From contig NC_058368.1 of the NCBI RefSeq assembly GCF_018350175.1, positions 69,318,001 through 69,382,000 on the forward strand: DNA of 64,000 bases, in the 5' to 3' direction. A program made the position numbers and the translations under genes. This stretch comes from Felis catus (taxonomy: Eukaryota). Below, piece by piece: positions 12,689 through 25,833 of this stretch. How positions within the stretch are numbered: the first letter of the stretch is position 1; each line of letters starts with the position of its first letter. The notes beneath the pieces are model-generated. The model saw only the letters and a program-made list of their open reading frames with translations. It was not told the origin of the DNA and did no database searches.

Positions 12689-14081
12689 AACCTCCTCTGA
12701 CTGCTGGCCTCCAAAATGTGGAGCTGTGGATATTTTCAAGAGACAGTATTTCAGATGTATCTTCAAGTTCTTTTACCAAGTAGCAGTGAGAAACACTTGG
12801 TTCAGTAGAAGACTGATGCTAAGGCTGTCAGTGTTGAGACCACAGTACATATGTGAGACAGTGTAAGGGAAGGGCAGAAACTTTCCAGTTTCTTTTAAGT
12901 GCATTATAAGAACCTGTCTTCAAACTTGGTTATATGTGGAGTTCTCTGCCACCATGTGATCGAAGATTTTTAGAAGATTCAGCAAAAGATGTTCAACCAG
13001 ATGTTTTTAGGGAGCAAAATTCATTTTACGTGTAGCTAACAAAATTGGGGGACGAGTCCTCTTCTGTACTCCTGGGTTTTATAGATAAACTTTAGAATCA
13101 CAATGTTGTTAGTACTTCCTTTGAGTAGATTAGGATATGCTGGTTATACTTAGTGGTTTTATAATATTTGAAGTAAATACACTGGAAGTTCAGTTCTGTA
13201 TGAGAACGCGCTTTAAACAACTATTTAATGATTTTTGCTTCATGTATTATACATGTGATATGCGTTCAGGGTAAAATTTTAAACAGTGCAAATAGTTTTT
13301 TATCCCTTTCCCCAAAGGTAACCACTTTTAAGTGTCTTGTGAGTTATCCCTGAAAATACCTTCACAAGTGTAAATGTCTACATTCATTTTTACATGAATG
13401 GACCTTAATACACATACACATATAATTCATATGCTGTGAACCTGGATTTTTCACTCCATATATTTCACGTTGCCACATACAAGATTTTGTTAAAGCAGCT
13501 ATGTAGTAGTCCATAATATGGATGTATTATTTATTCAACCAACCCACCTATGAAAGGACATTAAGGTTTCTAGTGTCCTTTTAAAAATAAGAGTACATGC
13601 TAAAAATAAGAGTACATGCATACTTATCTTTTCAGACTTTGCCAGGTTTACTTGAAATACTTAAAAGTAGTATTTGTCCTTGGAAGTAAAGTGCATTTAT
13701 TAGTTGCATCAATTTGCACTCCTGTATTAGTGGGATGTGATGATGCCTATGAAAACATTTTAATGCATTCTGCTAACTCTGGGGGTAATTTTTCACCAAA
13801 ATAAGTTCCTAATCCCAAACCATAATAGAAATTGCCATGTGTTACAAAGCAGAACAGCATTGTAATTAGTAAGCTAGTTTAATTCTCCCTCTTCCCTCCA
13901 GTTGCTTAAGTCTCTATTGTCAAGCCTAGTGGGGAATCTCTCTTCTATTGAACTAAATACCAGTGTCTGGTTCAGCTTGAATTCCGATTGGTGCCTGTTG
14001 TAAATCTTTTATCACTTGCATCACTTTGGGGATAATTAGCAGCATTCAGCACATTTTCTCATAAAGAACAATTGGAAAGTA

Positions 14082-14392
14082 TAGTTGACCCTTGAACAAC
14101 ACAGAGGTTAGGGACACCAGCTCCCACCCCCCTAACACTCCCAAAATTTAACTACTGATAGCCTCCTGTTGACTGGAAGCCTTACCAATAACATAAAGAG
14201 CCAGTTTACACATATTTTGTATGTGTGTTATATACAGTATTTTTACAACAAAGAAAGAGGAAAAAAACGTTATTAAGGAAATCATAAGGTGAAAAGATAC
14301 ATTCCAGTACTGTACTGTATTTATCCCCCTCAGAAAGAAATCCACATATAAGTAGACCTGCACAGTTCAAACCCATGTTCAAGGTTCAGCTG
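14082..14392. mobile_element. Tigger2/MER28-family MITE
   Basis: TIRs tagttgacccttgaaca / tgttcaaggttcagctg, flanked by TA. Confidence 0.8.
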
Positions 14393-16883
14393 TACTGTCA
14401 GTCTTTTTATTCCTAGTGAAAACATTCAGGTAGTACATTTTTACTTTCTTTGTATATCCCAGGAATATATTAATGTGTGAAGTAAGTCTTATAAAACAGA
14501 ATATTCTTAATTTGACACCAAAAAAGGTAAATGTTAGAGGGGAAGTTTCCTGATGTCACATAACACAAAGTTTGACTGTAAATAGAGCTTAAGAAAGCAA
14601 AATATTAGTTGGAAAAGTAAATAGCTGTGCATAATGATACTTTAATGCCCCTTTTTTTGCCTTATGAAATGAGCTGTTTATAAGTAATGAAGCCAAATTA
14701 AATTGAGTATTACAGTCTGATATGGCAAATATAGAAATTTTTTTAACTAAAAATTGGCAAAAGCTCAGTAAGTATTTTTGTAATTTACTCAGTCAAAATA
14801 AAAATACTTAGTTGACACAAATACTGAACTGTTGACTAAGGTAACTTGCATTCAAACATGAAATGAAGTACAGTAAAGGACTCATTGTAATATATTGTTG
14901 AAATCATTGAAAGTCTTGAAAAGTTTTAAAAGTTTTTAAAATTTCCATTATATAAACTATCTGGTAGGCTTTATGTTATATTTCTGTTAAATCTTCAAGA
15001 ATTTTTCTTTTTAACTTTACAAAAAATGTTTCTGATGCTTGAAGAAATGATTTCAATGCTTCTAAGTCTAAAAATACAATGATTAACATGAATAAGCAAT
15101 TTGAATAAATAGTTGACAGGTAGTACAAAGTTGAATGTCCATGACATTCATGACTGGACATTTTTATGTGACACAAGCTTAAGTATTTTATTAAACATAT
15201 GCTTGGATTTTATATTCTTAGTTTTTCCATTGACTTTGTTCCTCATTGATTGTAGTATAGAACTACATCAATGAGATTTGAATTGGAGGAGGGTAATGTA
15301 TTGAAAAATATACCTGATTTTTGAGGAACCAGGTTGTTTATTTACTAGGTAAAAATTGTACCAGGTAAAACTTGCCCCCTCTTTTCATATGCAAGGTTGG
15401 CTCACCATAAATATTTATGGAATGAGTGAAATGAGTATTCATTAGCGTTTCTCCTTTGTATGGACAGAAAAGGGGGAGGTGAAATACTTTGCATTGTGTG
15501 AATGTGCATGATGAAATCAAATGGAGTTGAAATTCTGTTTGCCAGGAAACTGGCAACATTCATTGAACCTGCCTGGCCTAGGGCTAGGAATATTCTTCGA
15601 AAGATTGTTTATATATTCTTTATATAGATATTCTTTACATTTGCTGCACTCTGATGTGCTAAGTGCTGGAATACAAGGAGATACCAGCCCTGTCTTGGTG
15701 GCACTCTGTCTGTTTAGGGTTTTAAGGTTGTGCTCTTTTTGCCAAACTATTATCCTTGACCAATGTTATGGTGTAAATGTAATACTATATCTGGATTGCT
15801 ACAGTGGAACATAACAAATGGGAGAACCCTCTCTCAGGAGTCAGATGTCACTCATACCAAACTCTCTCTCCATTGACTTCTAATTCTAATTCCTTATGGA
15901 ATAGAGTTCAGTATTGGACTTAATATTTCTAAGTCTCTACTAGAATTAGCACAGTATAACTGTCACACTAATAGTCCCAGCTGGGCATGGTTTTCCGAGA
16001 GTGATATCCTAATAAAGAATTTTTTTCTGAAATTTGATTTAGACCACTGGAAATTTAACTGTTTAACATTTATGGCAGATACAGTGCATCAGGAGCTAGG
16101 CTAGATACAAAAATAAAAAGGCATTTTTATTATATACTGAGAGACTGTGTTTAAATGGAAAGGCTACACCGGTCGTTCAGTTGCATTCATAAAGATTAAG
16201 TGAGAAACCTCAAGGTACATTTCCATTTTTGCAATCATCTTATGAATATCTCTACATAAATTATCTCATTTCTGTATACATAAATTCAGACCATCTTCTC
16301 TCCTCAGCTGTGAATGCTTGTCACAGTTTTCGGCATTGTTGTATTCCTCTGTGCTTATGCGCTTGAGAGGAACTTGAGTTTATCAGAGGATTTTGAATTC
16401 TCCTCTTCCCCCCAGATGTGTTCTTTCATTGAGATATGTTTGAGAAGTTTGAAAACTGTGCAGCACTGCATAAACAGAACTGACTGGTTGGTGGAGTCAG
16501 ACCCCAGGAGCAAAACCCAGAAAGAACATTCGGTGCTGGGGAGATTTTGAATACGGTTGGCCTCAGGAAACCAGAGTTCTCTCCAGCATTTATTGTATTT
16601 GACCTTGGGCAGGTCATTTAACTTCTGAGCCTTTATTTCAGTATCTGTCAATATCTCAGGGATGCCACAGAGCGCTTAATAGAAGTTATGAGGTAGATGT
16701 GCATTTGGGGAGACCCTGTTTTCCCACCCTTTTCCTTGTCACTTCTGTCCAGAGGAACTAGGTAGGTTATAGGGGTAGTGGCTATTAGAGAGTAGACAAG
16801 TGAAGAGTTGTCTTTGGGAGAACAATTCTATACTTCAAATAATGATTTTTTTCCACAGTAAAAGACTACTATTACAGAATTCT

Positions 16884-17338
16884 TTATTTTATTTTATTTT
16901 TTTAATGTTTTTTTTTTTTAATTTTTTTTTCAACGTTTTTTATTTATTTTTGGGACAGAGAGAGACAGAGCATAAACGGGGGAGGGGCAGAGAGAGAGAG
17001 GGAGACACAGAATCGGAAACAGGCTCCAGGCTCCGAGCCATCAGCCCAGAGCCCGACGCGGGGCTCGAACTCACGGACCGTGAGATCGTGACCTGGCTGA
17101 AGTCGGACGCTTAACCGACTGCGCCACCCAGGCGCCCCTAATGTTTGTTTTTGAGAGAGAGAGAGACAGAGCGTGTTTTAATGTTTATTTTTGAGAGAGG
17201 GAGACACAGAATCCAAAGCAGGCTCCAGGCTCTGAGCTGTCAGCACACAGCCTGATGTGGGGCTCGAACTCATGGACTGCGAGACTATGACCTGAGCCAA
17301 AATCGGACACTTAACCGACAGAGCCACCCAGACGCCCC
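16884..17338 (-). mobile_element. Two tandem CAN-SINEs (a young CpG-rich SINEC_Fc-type copy in the tail of an older copy)
   Basis: Both end ...ccacccagg/acgcccc; outer TSD tta(c/t)agaattctt. Confidence 0.9.
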
Positions 17339-18149
17339 TGTTATAGAATTCTTAGAATACATGCACATGAATCTATACTTCTCTTTAGCTTTTGTAGACA
17401 ATATATACTTAGATCTTATATTTTGATCTACTCTGACAATCTGTCTTTTAATTGGTGTCAACTTTTTATTGTTAACCAATTTGCTCATTTTACATTATTC
17501 ATGGAGAAGGGAAGCAGTGCCCCGAGTCACAAAACTAGATTTCTAGAATATTAAAACAGTATTAAAGAAATTATGTTAAAATCTCCTGGCCAAATTTCTC
17601 CTGGCCATATTCATTTATTTGTGTATATAATATGGTTTTAGTATAATCCCTCTCTCGAAAGAAGAATTTGAATACTTTCTTTTCTTTCTTGGATTTACTT
17701 CATCTGAGGTATGTTTCTGGTAGTTTGTAAGTAGTGGTAACATAAACCAATTCTACGTCATCTGATCTAGAAAATGTTGACAAGATAAGTAGTTTTCCAT
17801 GATGTAAAGGGATACTGGGTAAGCACTTGCTTTACAGCATGTGGCTCAGGTCACATTTAAGAATTTTTTGGCCCTCATAGGCCTTGAGTTTTGTTATTCA
17901 CAGAAGCAAAAGTTGGGAAAATATGCACTTACATTAGAAAAATCTAAGAGCTAAATGTAGAAAGGAGCTTGAAAGTCACTCCCTGGACATCCTCTCTTTC
18001 CTTACCAGGAGAAAATTTTAACACCAGACCTAGATTACATGACTTCGTATGCACAGACCTTTCCCAGTCTTATTTCATTTTTTTTCACTGGTGTGCTCAT
18101 AAAGTTTTTGAACATCTTCTAACCTTTAATGTTTTTCTTTTCCCTGAAG

Positions 18150-18230
18150 GAAACCTACGAGAATATCCCAGGCCAGTCAAAGATCACATTCCTCTTACAA
18201 GCCATCAGAAATACAACAGCTGCTGAGGAG
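18150..18230 (+). CDS. IPO5: IPO5 coding exon 2 ([11 protein letters not shown]...TAAEE)
   Basis: Acceptor tttttcttttccctgaag|, donor |GTACTA; 81 nt. Confidence 0.95.
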
Positions 18231-18942
18231 GTACTATTTTAATATTTGAGGATATGACATTCTTACAAAACAAAATACAAAGTTGGGTATTAGATGGTGG
18301 TCCATGTGGGTAATGAGAACTGGTGATTACTGCATAGATGGTACCAGAACTTTGAACTTATATTTGCAAAAAGCTACTTTGCAGTTACATTTTTTTTAAG
18401 TATTCTATTAAATAATTTCTCTTTTCCATGTCAGATGATGTGTTCAGGATATTTGAGTTAATACTTTTTATTTTACATAAAAATTTATTAAATTTAAGTG
18501 ATTTCTGTGGTTATAAAAAATATTTCTTCCTTGAAACCATCCTAAAGGAAGAAATTTAATTCATTCGTTGTTTTAATATGTTGCCAGATGTTTCTGAAAA
18601 AATATGTTTTGTCTGTCTTTAAAATTCTTATGCTTATTATAATCATCCCTAGGTGGTGAATAAGATGTGTTAAAGATGTTTAGGAACAAAGAGACACTTT
18701 GTTGAATCCTTTATAAACTGGTTTTTAGCAAATGACCTGATGACTGTACCAAATTCAAATGTGTTTTTCTTACTGGTTTTATATGCATAAGCAGCTGATT
18801 TTTTTTTCTTGCCCAAAGTAATATCCTTACATATATTGAACGTTAAGTGAATATTTTATTTATTTCAGAAAAGGTGTCAAAATATCCAAGTCTAGAAAAC
18901 TAATCCCACCTGTGAAACATGGAATTTAGAATGTGTAAAGTG

Positions 18943-19045
18943 AGGGGTGTTCTAGCTGGCTTGTTGATAGAGCATGCGACTCCTGATCTCAGGATCATGA
19001 GTTTGAACCCCACATTGGGAATAGAGGTTACTTTCAAAAAATAAA
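18943..19045 (+). mobile_element. Short CAN-SINE
   Basis: ggggtg...gatctcaggatcatgagtttgaacccc, A tail; flanked by tgtaaagtgag repeats. Confidence 0.8.
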
Positions 19046-19216
19046 ATGACAGAATTTGTAAAGTGAGACTTTTGCTAATATTAAAACATGATGGAAACAA
19101 AGCCACACTAAATTTCTACATACTGTTACACGTGACTTCTTGTAGTCAGTCGGTTTAAATTGGCAATTTAATGTTCTGTGGTATTACTTAAAAACAGTAT
19201 GAAAGTACCCCAGTTT

Positions 19217-19701
19217 GTTTTTTTTTTTTAATTTTTCTTTTCAATGTTTATTTATTTTTGAAGGAAAGAGACAGAGTGTGAGTGGGGGAGGGGCAGAGAA
19301 AGGGAGACACAGAATCTGAACCGGGCTCCAGGCTCTGAACTGTCCGCGCAGAGCCCGACATGGGGCTCGAACTCACAAACTGTGAGATTGTGACCTGAGC
19401 TGAAGTCGGTCGCTTAATCAACTGAGCCATCTGGGTGCACCGAAAGTGCCCCAGTTTTTAAAAATAGATGACTGGGGCGCCTGGGTGGCTCAGTTGGTTG
19501 AGCGTCCGACTTGGGCTCGGGTCATGATCTCACTGTTCGTGAGTTTGAGCCCTGCGTCAGGCTCTGTGCTGACAGCTCAGAGCCTGGAGCCTGTTTCAGA
19601 TTCTGTGTCTCCCTCTGTCTCTCTGACCCTCCCCCGTTCATGCTGTCTCTCTTTGTCTCAAAAGTAAAGATACGTTAAAATAAATAATTAATTAATTAAT
19701 T
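19217..19701. mobile_element. Head-to-head CAN-SINE pair (- 19217-19441, + 19473-19701)
   Basis: Separate TSDs gaaagt(a/g)ccccagttt and aaaatagatgac. Confidence 0.9.
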
Positions 19702-20116
19702 AAAATAGATGACAAAAGGTGCTTCTTCACCTTTGTAATATATCCTTTAATTCCAAATGAATGTTAAAATATGAAGAATAAACATAAAGTAACAAATCTC
19801 TAGAAACAATTGGCTATTTTAATTCTTGAAAATTGAATCAAGTTAATTATGAAACACATTTTAAAGCCAAGAGTAAATAATACTAAAACTGTCGAATTTT
19901 ACTTTTAAAAACCTACATTGAACCTGTTTTAAATCTTGAATTAGATGATGATTATGAACTAGCCTCAGTGTCTTCATTATGGCTTCATTGTTTTCAGTAT
20001 GTGAGAACTGCACAAATTTTAGGCACTTTTACAGAGATTTTAACCATTTTGAACCCTTTCTAGAGCATTGAAATTTCTTTAAAAGTTTGCTGTTTGCCAA
20101 AATTGAAATAAGATTC

Positions 20117-20290
20117 AGGGCCACCTGGGTGGCTCAGTCCTTTAAGCATCCAACTTGGGCTCAGGTCATAATCTCAGTTTGTGGGTTCAAGAGCCTGCTT
20201 CAGATTCTGTGTCTCCCTCTCTGTCTCTGCCCCTCCCTTGCTCACTCTCTGTCTCTGTCTCTCTCTCTCAAAAATAAACAAACATTAAAA
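20117..20290 (+). mobile_element. CAN-SINE
   Basis: Head ggggccacctgggtggctcag, CT tract, A tail. Confidence 0.85.
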
Positions 20291-21114
20291 AAATTTTTTT
20301 TAAGTAAAAAAAGGTTCAGTGAAAAATAACTTCGGGAAAAAATTGGCACATTTTATTTGTATAGCTTAACTTTTTTTTGTTGGTCATAGTCCCAAAGTAA
20401 TTATAGTGATAATGAGTAGCCCATGAAAAATTGGGTTTAATAGTTTTAATGGCTTATTTATTTAGTATGATAAAATTTTAGAATGATTTTTTTCTTGACT
20501 CATTATAATCTAAAGGAATATCATACAAAAAACGCCAAACTTAAATATAGTCTACAGATTTTTAATTGGGATAAGAATGTACACTGATATTGATTAGCAC
20601 TTGTAGGCATTAGGAACTTGTAATGTTTGTCTGCTTGAATGAAGCATAAAGATAAATGGATTTGATAGCATGTTATCAAAGGTTAATGAAAGGGCTGTGA
20701 TACAGTGAGATAAGGCCAGGCTAGGAGTAAGATTAGGTATACTGGAATGAGAAGTAGGACAAGAGCATTCTAGAGTTTGCAGTTTATATTAATACTTATT
20801 TTTCTTCAAAAAATCTATTAAAAATAGCAATTAAAGATAAGTTTACCATTGCTAAGGTATATTTTTTATTTGTGATCTGATGTGTTCAGGGCTTTTCCTT
20901 ACTTATTAACAAAAAGAGCTTTTGGGTAGCATGTCAGTACAGTAGACTAATGTGATTAGAGAGAGTTTTATGTATTTTATCTTTTTTAAAAAGAATCTAG
21001 CAAAGTGCTTTAGAAATGAATTGTAAAATACACCCATGGTGGAGTGAATGTAGTTTGTTAAAAATTGTTTCTCTTGAAAGATACCAAGTTCTTAACCATG
21101 CTCTCCATTTATAG

Positions 21115-21307
21115 GCTAGACAAATGGCTGCCGTTCTCCTAAGACGTCTTTTGTCCTCTGCATTTGATGAAGTCTATCCAACTCTTCCTTCTGATGTTCA
21201 GACTGCCATCAAGAGTGAGCTACTGATGATTATTCAAATGGAAACCCAGTCTAGCATGAGGAAAAAAATCTGTGATATTGCTGCAGAACTGGCCAGGAAT
21301 TTAATAG
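21115..21307 (+). CDS. IPO5: IPO5 coding exon 3 ([11 protein letters not shown]...ARNLI)
   Basis: tttatag| ... G|GTGTGT; 193 nt; matches ORF 21124..21411. Confidence 0.95.
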
Positions 21308-21400
21308 GTGTGTATGCAAATACATTCATTATTACGTTTTGGAAGAAAATGAGTATATTCTTCCTTTTTTTTTTTTTTTTTCTAAAGTGGAGTCTTTTTA

Positions 21401-21588
21401 AATTTTTTTAAAAAATGTTTATGTATTTATTTTTGAGAGAGTTGGGGAGGAGCAGAGAGAGAAGGAGACAGAATCCCAAGCAGGTTCCACTCTGCCAGCG
21501 TAGGGCCTGAACCCACAAACTGTGAGATTATGACCTAAGCTGAAATCAAGAATCAGACACTTAACTGACTGAGCCACCTAGGCGCCCC
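21401..21588 (-). mobile_element. CAN-SINE
   Basis: TSD gtggagtcttttta. Confidence 0.85.
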
Positions 21589-22255
21589 TGGTGGAGTCTT
21601 TTTAAAGGAAGGTTTATAAGTACCTGAGTACCATTTATTCTGTTCAAAATGAGAGTGATTATGGATTCTGCATTTAGAGCCAAAAATCCGATGTTTTGAA
21701 GTGCAGTCATAATACTTACCTGTTGGTTTTCAGAGCATCTGGGTGGAGAAATAATTTTGTAGTTTGCTTGAAAATTAATCAGTTTTATTCCCCCCTAATC
21801 TGTTAAGTTTTGAAAGCACAGTCTAACTTATAACCCGTTTTGTAGATTAAACTTGCCAACAGAAGTAAAAATCAGTGGACTCCAGGAGATTGGGTGTTAC
21901 ATCTGTATGATAATTTTGCAATAGGCTATTATACCACTATACTGTATACCTTCTAAAATACCCCAAAATATTTTTAAATGATGAAATAAAAAGAAAATCT
22001 CTAAAAATGCACTTTGCCAACAGTCAAACCTTTTTTGGTCACACTAAAAACATTAATAATGTAATTGAATATGCTTTGTTTTTTTTGGGAGGTTCATAGA
22101 TGTGATTGTAAACTTCATTTAGGCAGCATTTTTAAAGGTTGAAAAGGATACCTCACTAAGATAAGATTTTTTAATCTCCACTACCAGGAATGTAGAAATT
22201 CTTGTTCAAGTCAGCTTACAGATATCAACTGATTCCTTAAAACAGGAAATGTGTT

Positions 22256-22728
22256 GGGGCGCCTGGGCAGCTCAGTCGGTTAAGCGTCTGACTTCGGTTC
22301 AGGTCATAATCTCACAGTTCATGAGTTCAAGCCCTGCGTCAGGCTGTCTGTTGTCAATACAGAGCCTGATTTGGATCCTCTGTCTCCCTCTCTCTGCCCC
22401 TCCCCTGCTTGCTCTCCCTCTCTCTCTGTCAAAAAAGTAAATATTTTTAAAAAGTAGGAAATGTGCTAAATTTTTTATTTTAAATAAGTTCAAACCCCAC
22501 TGAAACTCTTAATTTTGAATTTTTTAAAAATATTTATTTATTTTGAGAGAGAAAGAACGCGACCTGGGGAGAGGCAGAGAGAGAGAGAAAGGAGAGAGAA
22601 AATCCCAAGCAGGCTCCACATTGTCAGGGAGAGCCCAACATTGGGCTTGATCTCACCAACTGTGAGATCATGACCTGAGCTGAAATCAAGAGTTGGGACA
22701 CTTAACCCACTGAACCACCAGGTGCCCC
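22256..22728. mobile_element. Tail-to-tail CAN-SINE pair (+ 22256-22450, - 22520-22728)
   Basis: TSDs aggaaatgtg and cttaattttgaa. Confidence 0.88.
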
Positions 22729-22742
22729 TTAATTTTGAAAGA

Positions 22743-23686
22743 AAGAAAGAAAAGGCTGGTGAACCCCCATTGTTTTCTGGGTCTTCTGTGACCAAACTTT
22801 ATAAATGACATCATTTCTAATTCAGAATCACTTAATAATGGAAATGTTTCAAAGTGCTGTCCACAATGATTTTTTTTAAACCATGATTTCATTCCCTTCC
22901 ACCCATAAGCATGATCTTTATGTTAAAAGGACTGATTTAAGGGTGTTTCTTTTAATGCCAGCTCTTTAGAAAATAACCACTGCCAGTATCTGTGCTTATG
23001 CAACCCAGATGCGCAATTGCTGTTTACAAGATTAGAATGCCATGTTTATGGTTAAAGGACCTAATTTTATTAGGACGTTTTAAAAATGTGACATTTTCTA
23101 CTACTAACATACTTTGAGGCTTGTGAAATGAAAGGATTCACCCTTCATTCTTTGAAGTTTTGACTTACATACTTTATGCCTGGATTTCTTTACTTTTAGA
23201 TGAGGACGGCAACAACCAGTGGCCCGAAGGTTTGAAGTTCCTTTTTGATTCAGTCAGCTCTCAAAATATGGGACTGCGGGAAGCTGCCCTTCACATTTTC
23301 TGGTACATACATTGATCTTATTTTCCTGAAAAACTTAAGTGTCATGAATGTACAAAGCACATTTTAACGGATGTTTTAGTCTGACTTTTTAGACTTAAAT
23401 AACGCCTTTAGATGAGGTATTTGTGTTGGAAATAAATTGAAAAAACACAAAGCTTTTAATTTCATATTATATTCCTTTTTGTGCACAGCAGTTGTCTGCA
23501 ATTTATTTTCTATTCTTTGGCTTTTATGATTCCAAACAAGATGGTTTCTTTTCCCTTTTTTGGAGATCGACACAGTATTAAATATATCTTTTAGAAAGCT
23601 ACTTTAATGATGAAATCTTGAAGAAGAAAGAAAAGGCTGGTGAACCCCCATTGTTTTCTGGGTCTTCTATGACCAAACTTCATAAA
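22743..23686 (+). repeat. 63-bp direct repeat (22743-22805 and 23624-23686) flanking exon 4
   Basis: aagaaagaaaaggctggtgaacccccattgttttctgggtcttct(g/a)tgaccaaactt(t/c)ataaa, 2 mismatches. Confidence 0.92.
23200..23302 (+). CDS. IPO5: IPO5 coding exon 4 ([14 protein letters not shown]...LHIFW)
   Basis: tacttttag| ... TG|GTACAT; 103 nt. Confidence 0.95.
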
Positions 23687-24408
23687 AATACATTATTTTA
23701 ATAAAATCCTATATATTTACAAGCAAATGGTCTCAGTTTAGAATTAAATTGCACTAAGAAAACTTTGGTGTTATCATACAATTCTACATTAAAAATATAG
23801 TTGGATTTATAACGTTTCAAGATTATATACTTGTTAAGAAATGAGATACACCTTGAATATCAGAAGCAGATAAAGGTAGACATTATACCATCTTCTACTT
23901 AATTTGTCAAATGGATCTCATTTGTATCGGTAACCCGGAGTAGAGAATTAATTGCAAGTATTGAATATACTTGTTAGCTACATTTAAAGTAGAGCAGAAT
24001 CGGGACTCCCTGGGTCACTGACTGAGCCCAGGCACAGATTGTCAGGTAGCTCTGTGACTGCAGCTACCGTCTGCAGCCTCGTGTTTGCTTTTGTCCTGCA
24101 CTCCAGGTCAGCTTCCTACAGGGACAAGAGTGATAAGGATAAAGTACAGGGCTGGATGGGCTGCTGAGTAGTGTGTGCGCACCTGGGTCACCTCTGCATC
24201 CAGCATAATCCTCTCTGCTAATGTTTGTTGCCATTCGCCCAACCCCCAAAGAGGATTACTTGGAAGATGGATGGATGGTGTTCAGCCATCAGGGTTAATG
24301 CACACTTAAGTCAGGCTGATGTTTAAGGTTAGATTAGAACATGAGATGTTCTAGCTGACACCTTACTGAAATATGTTATTTTGAAAGAGTACTTTGGATC
24401 TTTTTTAG

Positions 24409-24505
24409 GAACTTTCCTGGAATTTTTGGGAACCAACAGCAGCACTATTTAGACGTTATCAAACGGATGTTAGTTCAGTGTATGCAAGATCAGGAACATC
24501 CATCG
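24409..24505 (+). CDS. IPO5: IPO5 coding exon 5 ([12 protein letters not shown]...EHPS)
   Basis: cttttttag| ... |GTAAAT; 97 nt. Confidence 0.95.
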
Positions 24506-24722
24506 GTAAATAATTTCAATTCCACTAGTATTAACACCTAATTTAATATAACATTTAACTTGTGAACGGGATTTATGTATTTGGAGATTATCTTTAGTTT
24601 TAATACTGCAAAATAGAAGTACTGGTTTTACTGATGAAAAATTTCATCTTGAGTAAGAAATCTTGACCTTGCATCCATCAGTAATTTCTCATGCTTGACA
24701 TTTTTTACTGTTTTCGTATTAG

Positions 24723-24827
24723 ATCAGGACATTATCTGCTAGAGCTACAGCTGCATTTATACTTGCAAATGAGCATAATGTTGCTCTATTCAAACATTTT
24801 GCAGACTTGTTACCCGGATTCTTACAG
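24723..24827 (+). CDS. IPO5: IPO5 coding exon 6 ([12 protein letters not shown]...PGFLQ)
   Basis: cgtattag| ... CAG|GTAAGA; 105 nt. Confidence 0.95.
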
Positions 24828-25633
24828 GTAAGAAAACGGTATGAAATAAGTGAAAATTATATCCTTTTTTGGTTTTCTGTGGTTTCAAATTCTTACCAGA
24901 ATCCTGGAATGCTTTCATTTATTCAATCAAGTCATTGGCTACTGTGTGCTAGCACTAGGCACTAGAGGGGATCTCTGTCCCCATCTAACTAGATCCCTTG
25001 CCTTTCATAGACTCTTAATCTCTTAAAATACCTAGGTTAGGGTTTCTAAAGTTTTCTATGATGCATGATACAAGTAATTTGTTAAGTAATCACATAGGTT
25101 ATTGCCACTGAATCAACCAAAAAAAACCTATGAAATTTAATGCCCATTTTACATAAGGAGAAACTAAAGAGGGGAGGATAAGAAACTTGCCCAAGGTCAC
25201 AGTGTCAGTAAGTGATGGAACCATGATTTAAACCCAAATCAGACCGAAGTCCTTACTCTTAATCCCAGGGCTTATGATAGTTTGTACTATAAATAGTTTA
25301 TGGTTAATTGTCACTATTGGATCCTAAGGGTGTTATTATTTTAGGGATACCATCTGCCTCAATCAGAGCATAAAATATGATTGGGTAAGTTAGAACAATT
25401 ATTGTCAACCTTGTTAGACCCAGATTTTGTAACTTTGCATATTCCATTTTGAAATATTGAAATGCACAGGTAATGTACGTATGTATATGCACAAAGTTTA
25501 AAAATAAAATTATATTGCCCTAAGTTAAAATACAAAGAAGAAATAAGAAGAAAGTATTATGCAATAAAATGGCATGCTTTTCAATATATAAATGGTAGGG
25601 CATGACTACAATGAAGGACATAGTAAACTAGGT

Positions 25634-25833
25634 GTTTTTAATTTTATTTATTTATTTTTTTAGAGCATGTGCGGTTGGGGAAGAGGGGCAGCAGGGGAGC
25701 AGGGTGAGAATCTCAAGCAGTTCCACACTCAGCATAGAACCCAGTGCAGGGCTTGATCCCACCACCCTGGGATAATGACCTGAGCCTAAATCAAGAGTTG
25801 GATGCTCAACCGACTGAGTCTCCCAGGCATCCC
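25634..25833 (-). mobile_element. CAN-SINE
   Basis: TSD actaggtg; reverse SINE body. Confidence 0.85.

Noticed and set aside
13582..13619. Perfect 19-bp tandem duplication taaaaataagagtacatgc
   Set aside because: Ordinary slippage-type duplication within degenerate repeat sequence.
21088..21114. TTCTTAAC resembling a U12 branch point before exon 3
   Set aside because: The intron 2 donor is GTACTATT, not RTATCCT, so this is an ordinary U2 intron.
23605..23700. ATGATGA (box C-like) next to the second repeat copy, suggesting an intronic snoRNA
   Set aside because: No suitably placed box D (CTGA) or terminal stem found.
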